A stretch of 64,000 nucleotides of DNA from Bacteroidales bacterium (GTDB lineage Bacteria; Bacteroidota; Bacteroidia; Bacteroidales; VadinHA17): assembly GCA_021157415.1 (NCBI GenBank), contig JAGGWN010000109.1:164-64163 (forward strand), read 5' to 3'. Numbering within the stretch: position 1 is the stretch's first letter; every line of letters begins with the position of its first letter. The translations under genes and the position numbers were made by a program. This document shows, piece by piece, positions 27,519-36,153 of this stretch. Below the pieces are notes generated by a model, which was not told the DNA's origin, searched no databases, and saw nothing but the letters and a program-made list of their open reading frames with translations.

Positions 27519-29105
27519 ATGAATTCAATGAACCGTTTTGTTTTCCTTTTGGTAGTATCTCTTCTTTTACCGGTGCATATCCTTTCCGGTCAGGAACTGG
27601 CTTCTGAAAAACGTATGGCGCTTGTGATAGGGAATGGGGATTATTTGGTGGGACCGTTGCCTAATCCGGTCAATGATGCGCGCTCCATGGCCCGGGCTCT
27701 CAGGAGTGTTGGTTTTGATGTGATGTTGCGTGAAAATGTTTCCAACCAGACAGAGATGAAACGGGTGATTCGTGAATTCGGCCAGAAATTAAAAAACTTT
27801 GATGTGGGGTTGTTCTATTTTGCCGGTCATGGTATCCAAAAAGACGGGTATAATTTTCTGGTACCCGTAAATGCCGAAATCAATAATGAGGAGGAAGTGG
27901 AGTATGAGTGTGTAGATGCCGGTTTTGTGGTGGCTTTGATGGATGCGGCGGATTCAAGGGTTAACATTATTATATTGGATGCCTGCCGGAACAATCCTTT
28001 TGCCAGGAGTTTCCGCTCGACACGCCAGGGACTGGTCAGCATGAATGCTCCGGCAGGTACGATCATCGCCTATGCTACCTCTCCAGGAAAGACAGCGTTG
28101 GACGGATCCGGAGTGAACGGGCTTTATACGCAGGAGTTGCTCTACCAGATACAAAGGTCAGGTTTGAAAATAGAGGATGTTTTCAAAAATGTGCGGATTG
28201 AAGTAATGCGGAAAAGTGACAGTCAGCAGGTTCCCTGGGAGTCTTCCTCCTTAACCGGAGATTTTTATTTCAAACCGACACAGGGACAATTGGCTTCCCG
28301 GATTTCTGCCGCCAATGCCGGAAATATGGAAAATGGAGTTTTTTGGAAAGCCAATCAAAAGGATATCTTCATGAAGATCAACGGTCAGGAAATGATTAAT
28401 CCGAAAACCTATCCTTTCGGCAATGATCTGATTGCTGAAAACCCGCAGACACAGGAAAGATATTTGCTCAGGAATTACTGGAAAAACCGGGATGGCCGTT
28501 TTCGTCCGGCGGAAAAACTTCCTGCTACACAAGCCGATTATTATGTTAAAGATAACCATTCCGCAGAAGGAACGGCAGAAGCCGGATCTTTCGGAACGGT
28601 CAGAGATAGCCCCTCTGCGCAAAACATTTCACAGAACAACACTGATGGAGAAATATTATGGAAAGCCGACCCCGACGGGAATCTCTGGGTCACTTTGAAC
28701 GGAACAGACATAAGTAAAAGGATAAAGTATAAGCGGGAGGGAAACCACCTTCTGGTACATGATCCGGTTCATAATCTGCAATACCGTTTGACAAATTTTT
28801 TTCAGCTGATGGATAAAACCTGGAGGAAGGCAGTCCCTGTTAATGATCAGGAAGAAACCCTGACCACTCTTCCTGTGCAAAACGCAGGCGCGGCTCCTGA
28901 AAAAATCCGGTGGCGGGCTTTGCATGATGGCACTTATTATCTTTATGTTGATGGAAAAGAGATCAGTAAGGAAACCACTTACCGGCTTGACGGATATGAT
29001 CTGAAAGTTTTTCATCCGCCGACAGGAAGAACTTTTCTTTTAAAGAATTTTGTTAACCGGTTGGATAACAAAATACGTAAGGGTACATTGATACAAGGCA
29101 GATAA
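27519..29105 (+). CDS. Secreted caspase-like (peptidase C14) protein with three C-terminal repeats
   Basis: Signal peptide present. Caspase/metacaspase core: ALVIGNGDY, NPVNDARSMA, FYFAGHGIQ (catalytic His) and IIILDACRNNPF (catalytic Cys). Residues about 274-522 form three roughly 60-aa repeats. Confidence 0.8.
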   Translation: MNSMNRFVFLLVVSLLLPVHILSGQELASEKRMALVIGNGDYLVGPLPNPVNDARSMARALRSVGFDVMLRENVSNQTEMKRVIREFGQKLKNFDVGLFYFAGHGIQKDGYNFLVPVNAEINNEEEVEYECVDAGFVVALMDAADSRVNIIILDACRNNPFARSFRSTRQGLVSMNAPAGTIIAYATSPGKTALDGSGVNGLYTQELLYQIQRSGLKIEDVFKNVRIEVMRKSDSQQVPWESSSLTGDFYFKPTQGQLASRISAANAGNMENGVFWKANQKDIFMKINGQEMINPKTYPFGNDLIAENPQTQERYLLRNYWKNRDGRFRPAEKLPATQADYYVKDNHSAEGTAEAGSFGTVRDSPSAQNISQNNTDGEILWKADPDGNLWVTLNGTDISKRIKYKREGNHLLVHDPVHNLQYRLTNFFQLMDKTWRKAVPVNDQEETLTTLPVQNAGAAPEKIRWRALHDGTYYLYVDGKEISKETTYRLDGYDLKVFHPPTGRTFLLKNFVNRLDNKIRKGTLIQGR

Positions 29106-29293
29106 CTTCTTGTTGTTAGAACAATAACCCTCATGTTACAGAAATATGCGTTTACGGACAGATATTTTTAAATTTATAAAGGGTTTATTTTCAGAAGCAT
29201 TCCGGGTTATTAACAATTTGTTGTGAATAAGTATTTCGAAAAGGTTGTTTATGTAATGCTTCTATTTTATAATTTGAGTTCCGGAATAAATTC

Positions 29294-29740
29294 ATGTCAC
29301 CTCATCATAATTCAGTGGTATATAGTGACTTTCAAATAGACTGGGAAGGTAAAAAACTCATTATTGTAGAAGATGATGAGGCAAGTTACCAATATTTTGA
29401 GTCTTTGCTCCGAAGAACCGGGATCCGGATTGTATGGATAAAAAACGGTTTGGATTTTATGAATTATGTGCAGGAAGAAAAGAACCCGGCTGATATTATC
29501 ATCATGGATGTTCTGATCCCCTTGAAAAACGGTATTGATGCGACACGTTTTATCAAGCGGCTATATCCTAAAATACCGGTGATCATTGTTACGGCATATG
29601 CTTCCAGGGAAATCCGGGAAAAATCTTATATGACGGGGTGCGATGCTTATCTGACCAAGCCGGTTTTACCGCATACCTTACTCAAGACATTGAATGAGTT
29701 TATTGAAGCAGGAGGGGTAAGAAGATTCCAGGAAAATTAG
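29294..29740 (+). CDS. Stand-alone response-regulator receiver domain (CheY-like)
   Basis: LIIVEDDE acidic pocket, IIIMDVLIP phospho-acceptor Asp, VIIVTAY and YLTKP. There is no output domain and no adjacent kinase. Confidence 0.85.
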   Translation: MSPHHNSVVYSDFQIDWEGKKLIIVEDDEASYQYFESLLRRTGIRIVWIKNGLDFMNYVQEEKNPADIIIMDVLIPLKNGIDATRFIKRLYPKIPVIIVTAYASREIREKSYMTGCDAYLTKPVLPHTLLKTLNEFIEAGGVRRFQEN

Positions 29741-29770
29741 TTTAGGATATTCCTTTTGTTAGCCTGACCG

Positions 29771-29806
29771 AAAAAAAAGAGACATCTGATTGACGTCTCT
29801 TTTTTA
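29771..29806. terminator. Bidirectional intrinsic terminator between convergent genes
   Basis: A8-GAGAC...GTCTC-T6: a 6-bp GC-containing stem extended by A/T pairing, with an A-run upstream and a T-run downstream. It lies between the stops at 29740 (+) and 29829 (-). Confidence 0.6.
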
Positions 29807-29828
29807 TGTATGCAGAAAGATATGTTTG

Positions 29829-32800
29829 TTATTTTTTACCGGGAGCCATCTGTAATCCGGCCCCGGATAGTTCAAGATAAGTTCTGTAATATTGGTTCAG
29901 ATCATTTTCAATGGATTTGGCTGTTTCCGGGTGATAAGGTTTACAGGCCATGCTTATTTGCTGCATGATCTGTAGGTCAACTTTCTTTTGATAGTCAATG
30001 GTTCCGGCCAGATTAGGCGGGAAGGAGTAGAAATAATTCAATTCTTTTTTCAGGTCCGACACATAATCGAATGCCAGGGTATCGGCCTTGGCATTGTTTC
30101 CTGCCTGGTAATAAGCATCTATCATTCCCACGGTAAAGATGTCATACGGTAGTTTGTTTTTAGGGAGTAACTCCATACAGTGGTCAAGAACAGCTACGGC
30201 AGAATCTTTTTTCCCTTCAGCGGCCAGTGATTTGGCAAGTCGGCTGAACGCGTTTCTCACCTTGATTATGTTTATCGTACGACGGGTATAATAATCGAGA
30301 TAGACGTCCGGTTCGTTCATCCTTCCCCAGCGGAATTTGTGCATAAGATTTTCATAGAGTCGGTCAGTATTGACCCTTCCGTAGTTGATATAATCTTCCC
30401 TCGGGGTTTTGATAGGTACAAGCCGGTAAGCAAACCCCTCCATCTGAAAGTAATCTTCCATGCCGAGGGCATCGTCATGGCCTCCCGTGACATAATATAC
30501 CGGTCGTTTCCAGTTAAAATGAGCCAGCAGGTCCATGACCATCATAGAGCTTTTCATGATATAGTTTTTCTTGACATCGATCTTCAGATCAGAGACGATT
30601 TTGTCCGCATCAGACGGGCTTACCGTACCGTTGGACACGACGGTGGCATTGTTTACGGGGACGCTGAATTTTTTTGCAGGAAGGAAGTCAATTCTTTCAC
30701 CACCCTGCAGGGAGAGTTTTGTTCCCGGGTTGTCACTGGCCAAAAAATCAATCGCTGTCTTCAGATTCAGATATCCTTTAATGCTTTTGTTTGGCACCAG
30801 GTAAAGCATATTGTTGGTTCCGTCCAGATATTTTTCCTGTGGCAGGGATAGCGGCAGCGGATCTGAGTCATAAACTTTTCTTTTCATCTGGTCGATATAC
30901 CAGTCGGTATTGAACAGCATCAGGTTAACAACCCGTATATCCGTACGTACCCCTTCCACCTCCTGAATATACCATAACGGGAAAGTGTCATTATCGCCAT
31001 TGGTGAACAGGACCGCATCCTTTTCGCATGAGTTGAGATAATCATAAGCCAGGTCTCTGGCGGTGTATCTGCCGGATCTGTTGTGGTCGTCCCAGTTTTG
31101 CTGGCCCATGATGGCGGGGACAGAGACTGCCAGTACACCGGCAAAGACAGCGCTGACCGATTCCGAGAGAAATTTCCGGAACAGATAAAACAACCCCAGC
31201 ACACCCAGACCGATCCATATGCTGTAAGCGTAAAAGGATCCCACATAAGCATAATCCCTTTCACGGGGCTGGTTGGGTGTTTGGTTCAGATAAAGAACGA
31301 TGGCGATACCGGTCATGAAGAATAAAAGAAGGACCACCCAGAAGTCACGTGGTGTCTTTTTCCATTGGACCATCAATCCGAGAAGACCCAAAAGAAATGG
31401 TAACATAAAATACCTGTTTCGTCCCTTGTTGTGGACATATTTGTCCGGTAAATTATCCGTAGGTCCTATGCGTGGTTCGTCTATGAATTTTATGCCGCTG
31501 ATCCAATTGCCGTCGAGAGGTCCTCCCAGCCCCTGGATATCATTTTGTCGGCCGGAAAAATTCCACAGGAAATATCTCCAGTACATGAACCCTAGTTGAT
31601 AAGAGAAGAAAAACCGAAGGTTTTCCCCAAAAGTGGGGACTTCAATAGTCTTTTTGGTCCCATTCCGTTCAGTGACCTGTACCTTGCGTCCTTTTACCTT
31701 GCCCCACTGTTTGTAAACCTTAATATGGTCGGCCTGGCTGCTGTACATGCGTGGAAAAATGGTGGTGGCATGAGGATCGTAGACATAGGATTGTGCGTAT
31801 TGGGAAATAACGTATTTCCCGTTTCTCCGGATGTAGGTGGGTTTTCCTTTCTTGAGCCCGGTAACAGGTGCGTTATAATACTGACCGAAAAACAACGGGC
31901 GGGTGCCATACTGTTCACGGTCGATATAAGCCAGCATGGAGAACACATTATCCGGTTTGTTTTCGTTCAGGGGAGGATCGGCATTGGCCCGGATCAAAAT
32001 CAGGGCAAAAGAAGAGTAACCGATCAGAATCATGGTGAGGGATGTGATCAGCGTCATCAGGGTCTGACGACTTTTCTTGCCAATGGCTATGACCGCAAAA
32101 ACCAGAATGGTTGTAATGATAAGGTCCAGGAAAAAGGAGGAACTGATGAAAGGCAATCCGGACAGGACAACTCCCGTACTGGCAAAGATCAAAATGGTTT
32201 TGATGTCTTTATTTTTCAGCAGGAGATAGATTGTGGTCATAAGACTGCCGAACAGTATGATCATATGGAGAAAAAGCCCTGTGTTGTATGGCAGTCCCAG
32301 CATATTCACGGTAAACAATTCAAATTGGGAAGATACCTTGAACAGGCCCTGGATAATACCATACATGATGAGCACAAGCACGATAAAAGATGCGCTCAAA
32401 ACAACGACCAATCCTTTTGTGGTCGGTTTGTATTTTTTGAAATAATAGACCAGGGCGATGGCCGGAATGGCCAGCAGGTTTAACAGGTGCACTCCGATAG
32501 AAAGGCCCATAAGATAAGCAATCAGAATCATCCAGCGATCAGCGTGTTTTGGGTCGGTGGATTCTTCCCATTTCAGGATAGCCCAGAATATGACAGCTGT
32601 AAAAAGAGAAGAAGTGGCATATACTTCACCCTCTACAGCAGAGAACCAAAATGAGTCGGAAAAGGTATAAGCCAGGGCTCCTACAACTCCACTAACCATG
32701 ATAGCGATGGTTTTGCCGGTGGAAAGGCCGGAATCTCCGTTTACAATCTTTCTGGCCAGATGAGTGATGGTCCAGAAAAGAAACAAAATGGTTAGGGCGC

Positions 32801-33059
32801 TGGCCAGGGCTGACATGGAGTTGACCATGCGGGCGGCCAGTTCGGTATGGGGGCCTGCGAAGAGTGTGAAGAAACGCGCCAGGATCAGGAAAAAAGGAGC
32901 GCCCGGAGGGTGTCCCACCTCCAGTTTGAAAGCAGATGCGATGAACTCTCCGCAGTCCCAGAGACTGGCAGTTGATTCTATGGTGGATAAATAGACATAA
33001 GCAGCTATAACAAAAACAACCCAGCCTGTAATGTTGTTTATCCGTTTGAATTTTTTCAT
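29829..33059 (-). CDS. DUF2723-family giant polytopic membrane protein (GT-C-like glycosyltransferase fold) with a TPR-like C-terminal tail
   Basis: The N-terminus TGWVVFVIAAYVYLSTIESTASLWDCGEFIASAFKLEVGHPPGAPFF is the DUF2723 signature. There are more than 12 TM segments, then a soluble region of about 450 aa. I moved the start to ATG 33057-33059 (MKKFKRINN). Confidence 0.85.
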   Translation of the reverse strand: MKKFKRINNITGWVVFVIAAYVYLSTIESTASLWDCGEFIASAFKLEVGHPPGAPFFLILARFFTLFAGPHTELAARMVNSMSALASALTILFLFWTITHLARKIVNGDSGLSTGKTIAIMVSGVVGALAYTFSDSFWFSAVEGEVYATSSLFTAVIFWAILKWEESTDPKHADRWMILIAYLMGLSIGVHLLNLLAIPAIALVYYFKKYKPTTKGLVVVLSASFIVLVLIMYGIIQGLFKVSSQFELFTVNMLGLPYNTGLFLHMIILFGSLMTTIYLLLKNKDIKTILIFASTGVVLSGLPFISSSFFLDLIITTILVFAVIAIGKKSRQTLMTLITSLTMILIGYSSFALILIRANADPPLNENKPDNVFSMLAYIDREQYGTRPLFFGQYYNAPVTGLKKGKPTYIRRNGKYVISQYAQSYVYDPHATTIFPRMYSSQADHIKVYKQWGKVKGRKVQVTERNGTKKTIEVPTFGENLRFFFSYQLGFMYWRYFLWNFSGRQNDIQGLGGPLDGNWISGIKFIDEPRIGPTDNLPDKYVHNKGRNRYFMLPFLLGLLGLMVQWKKTPRDFWVVLLLFFMTGIAIVLYLNQTPNQPRERDYAYVGSFYAYSIWIGLGVLGLFYLFRKFLSESVSAVFAGVLAVSVPAIMGQQNWDDHNRSGRYTARDLAYDYLNSCEKDAVLFTNGDNDTFPLWYIQEVEGVRTDIRVVNLMLFNTDWYIDQMKRKVYDSDPLPLSLPQEKYLDGTNNMLYLVPNKSIKGYLNLKTAIDFLASDNPGTKLSLQGGERIDFLPAKKFSVPVNNATVVSNGTVSPSDADKIVSDLKIDVKKNYIMKSSMMVMDLLAHFNWKRPVYYVTGGHDDALGMEDYFQMEGFAYRLVPIKTPREDYINYGRVNTDRLYENLMHKFRWGRMNEPDVYLDYYTRRTINIIKVRNAFSRLAKSLAAEGKKDSAVAVLDHCMELLPKNKLPYDIFTVGMIDAYYQAGNNAKADTLAFDYVSDLKKELNYFYSFPPNLAGTIDYQKKVDLQIMQQISMACKPYHPETAKSIENDLNQYYRTYLELSGAGLQMAPGKK

Positions 33060-33210
33060 TTTTGTAATATTCAAGTTTATGATAACCGGAAAGGCCGACA
33101 AATTATTTTATTTTCATGACGAAAATAATGCTTTTTTTCATGCATGGTGGCAAAAGTAATATAAAAGGGTATTTTTGTTTTTTTCAAAGGTAGGATTACC
33201 GGATCACATT

Positions 33211-36153
33211 ATGAAAGGTAAGAAAAAAATATTTTGCCGGGGCAGCGGATTGACTATAATCTTTTATTTCTTGACAATCAACACATTTGCACAATTCTAT
33301 GATAACGGGCAGGATCCGGCAAGCCTGAAATGGAAACAAATCAATACGAAGCACTACCGGATTCTTTTTCCCGGAGATTTTTTATCCAAAGCACAGCACC
33401 TGGCCAATCTTTTTGAGTGCACCTATTCCTATGAAAATCATAGTCTGCACAGCATTCCGCGTAAAATAACCGTGATTGTTCATGATCAGTCTGTGGTTTC
33501 GAACGGTATGGTGGTATGGGCACCGCGAAGGGTAGAGTTATATACGGTCCCGGATCCGAACGCTTATCCTGATGATGCATTGGATCAACTCGCATTTCAT
33601 GAATTGCGACATGTAGTGCAGATGGAGAAACTGAATGTTGGTTTTACACGCATACTGAGTTATCTCGCAGGCGACATGGCAGCAGGTAGCATGGTGATTA
33701 TGGTTCCTCAATGGTACATGGAAGGGGATGCGGTTACGCAGGAGACCTTATTGTCTCATAGTGGTCGCGGCAGATTGCCTTCGTTTGAAAAGGGACTACG
33801 TGCTCTGACTCTGGAAAGGGGGAAGGCCTGGAATTATAATAAATCGCTGATGGGTTCCTATAAGGATTATGTTCCCGGAAAATATGAGTACGGTTATCAG
33901 GTGGTGGCTTATTCCCGATATAAATATGGAGCCGGCCTTTGGGATAAGGCTTTGTCGCAGGTGGCCGGAAAACCCTATTCCGTTAATCCGGTGAATTTGT
34001 CTCTTCGAAAACAGGCCAACCTGACCAAGAGAAGGTTGTATGATTCCGCTTTTTTTTATCTGCAGAGGGAATGGGCCAGGAAAGACAAAGAGAACGAAAT
34101 CACCCCTTTCAGAAAACTGAATATCCGTAAAAAGAAAGCCTTTGTCAGTTATCGTTTTCCGAGATATGTCAATGACTCACTGGTATTGGTGGAAAAATCA
34201 GGGATCGATCAGATCAACCAGTTTGTGTTGATCGATAGCAAAGGAAATGAACGTGTAATACATATTCCCGGTTATTATGAGCCGGTCAGATTGTCGGAAG
34301 CATCCGGAAAAATTGTCTGGGCAGAGACTATTTATGACGAAAGATGGTATAATCGGAGTTTTTCAGACCTTAAAATATATGATATAAAAAAACAAAAAGA
34401 ATACCGGTTAACACGGCGTGCCCGTTATTTTGCGCCTGATATTTCTCCAGACGGAAAGAAAATTGCTGCAGTGCGAATAGAGACAGATAACCGGAATTTT
34501 ATTGATGTTCTGAATGTTTCCAATGGACAAATTCTCCGGTCGTTTTCCCTTCCCGGAAACAGGACATTTCTCAAACCGACCTGGAAAAATAACTGCTCTT
34601 TACTGGTTATTGTCTTATCTGACCAGGGAAAAAGCATACAGGAACTGAACGTTCGAACCGGAATATGGCATGAATGGATACATCCAACCTTTTATGATAT
34701 TCAATCGGTAAGTGCTTCCGGGAAATATCTCTTTTTTCATGCCACTTATTCAGGGATTGATAATATTTATGCACTGGATACGGTAAGCAGTGACATCTGG
34801 CAGGTAACCCGTTCACGTTTTGGAGCCTCGGATGTGTGCGTATCACCAGACGGCAAAAAAATTGTCTATGATGATTATTCATCGAACGGGTATAATGTAG
34901 GTGAGATTCCGGTGGATCCTGCCGGCTGGACCCCCTTGGAGAAAACGAAGGATATGTCCCTGCATATGTATGATTCATTATCGGACCAGGAAAAGGGGGT
35001 GATCCGTAAGCGGAATCTGCCCGACTCGATGTATTGGGTAAAACCATATTCCCGGTTGACGCATTTAATAAAAGTTCATAGCTGGCTTCCTTTTTATTTT
35101 GATTATGATAATATCAGTCTTGAGAATATTCCTGTTTATCCGGGCGTGGTCTTATATTCTCAGAACTATCTGAGCACACTTGAAGGTTCCCTGGGATATG
35201 CATACAGGGAGCGTGAGCATCAGTTTATCACCAGTGTGACTTATCAGGGACTGTATCCTGTTTTTAAGTTCATGGAAGAATACGGGGGTTCTCCGATGGT
35301 ATATCAGGACTCTGTAGCCACCCCTTTGCCGGAACACCTTCCACCCCGGAGCAATTTTACTATGCAGGCATATGTTCCGATAAACCTTACCACCAACCGG
35401 TATGACCGGGGATTACGGCCTTCGGTGGATTTTCATTTTACCAACAGTTATGTCTGGTCGGATCCATTGCATGCATACAATAAAAACAGGATATTCCTTT
35501 CCTACAGGTTGTATTACTATAATTTACTGAAGATGAGTCATCGGGATATACTGCCGCGTCTTGGATTTATGCTGGATACGAGATTTCTGCATGCTCCGTG
35601 GAATAAAGAAGAATACGGAACCATGGCCTGTTTCCTGGGTAAACTGTATTTGCCCGGGATCATGAAACACCATACTCTTTCACTGCAGGGAGGCTATGAA
35701 GAACAAAATCCGGCCAGGTTTTATTTTCTGAATCAGCTTCATTATCCCCGGGGATATCACTACTGGTTGTCTGAAAAATTAAAAACCTTGCATGTTCATT
35801 ATGATTTTCCTATAATATATCCTGATTTTTCCTTGGGATCATTGCTTTATATACCCCGTTTATCGGGGACTATACTGTATGAAATGGCACAAGGAGAAAA
35901 AAGTTACAATTACCAAAATCATGATTTTTTAAATCTTAGGAATTTCCAAAGTTACGGCGGGGAACTTACGGTAGATTTCAGTGTTTTCAGGATAGCTTTT
36001 CCTTTAAGCCTTGGTTTTTGGACAGTATTTAATCCCGACATGGGTCGTGTGAATACCGGTTTTGATTTCAGTATCAATGTTTACGGCTTACGGATAAACC
36101 GTCAGCGCAGGCCGTTGTTGCCCGGGAGCATTGTTACAAGATTGCAGGAATAA
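33211..36153 (+). CDS. Large secreted protein: HExxH gluzincin-like domain + PD40/TolB-type beta-propeller + C-terminal putative beta-barrel
   Basis: Signal peptide (start moved to ATG 33211). FHELRHVVQ is followed 36 residues later by WYMEGDA, giving an HExxH...E arrangement as in peptidase-MA-type folds. PD40-like repeats are present (FAPDISPDGKKIAAV, VCVSPDGKKIVYDD). The last 380 aa or so have an alternating aromatic strand pattern. I recall no named family. Confidence 0.6.
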   Translation: MKGKKKIFCRGSGLTIIFYFLTINTFAQFYDNGQDPASLKWKQINTKHYRILFPGDFLSKAQHLANLFECTYSYENHSLHSIPRKITVIVHDQSVVSNGMVVWAPRRVELYTVPDPNAYPDDALDQLAFHELRHVVQMEKLNVGFTRILSYLAGDMAAGSMVIMVPQWYMEGDAVTQETLLSHSGRGRLPSFEKGLRALTLERGKAWNYNKSLMGSYKDYVPGKYEYGYQVVAYSRYKYGAGLWDKALSQVAGKPYSVNPVNLSLRKQANLTKRRLYDSAFFYLQREWARKDKENEITPFRKLNIRKKKAFVSYRFPRYVNDSLVLVEKSGIDQINQFVLIDSKGNERVIHIPGYYEPVRLSEASGKIVWAETIYDERWYNRSFSDLKIYDIKKQKEYRLTRRARYFAPDISPDGKKIAAVRIETDNRNFIDVLNVSNGQILRSFSLPGNRTFLKPTWKNNCSLLVIVLSDQGKSIQELNVRTGIWHEWIHPTFYDIQSVSASGKYLFFHATYSGIDNIYALDTVSSDIWQVTRSRFGASDVCVSPDGKKIVYDDYSSNGYNVGEIPVDPAGWTPLEKTKDMSLHMYDSLSDQEKGVIRKRNLPDSMYWVKPYSRLTHLIKVHSWLPFYFDYDNISLENIPVYPGVVLYSQNYLSTLEGSLGYAYREREHQFITSVTYQGLYPVFKFMEEYGGSPMVYQDSVATPLPEHLPPRSNFTMQAYVPINLTTNRYDRGLRPSVDFHFTNSYVWSDPLHAYNKNRIFLSYRLYYYNLLKMSHRDILPRLGFMLDTRFLHAPWNKEEYGTMACFLGKLYLPGIMKHHTLSLQGGYEEQNPARFYFLNQLHYPRGYHYWLSEKLKTLHVHYDFPIIYPDFSLGSLLYIPRLSGTILYEMAQGEKSYNYQNHDFLNLRNFQSYGGELTVDFSVFRIAFPLSLGFWTVFNPDMGRVNTGFDFSINVYGLRINRQRRPLLPGSIVTRLQE

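Noticed and set aside
23744-29740. Possible genomic island integrated at tRNA-Arg(CCT)
   Set aside because: No integrase, recombinase or other mobility gene is present. I saw no direct repeat of the tRNA 3' segment (plus strand tagccccgacaggaatcgaacc) on either side, and no obvious compositional break. I treat it only as an accessory-looking patch.
31596-32483. 295-aa ORF on the plus strand
   Set aside because: It is antisense to the membrane domain of the DUF2723 gene. The composition (Gly/Asp/Gln/Asn-rich) is what the reverse frame of TM-helix codons produces.
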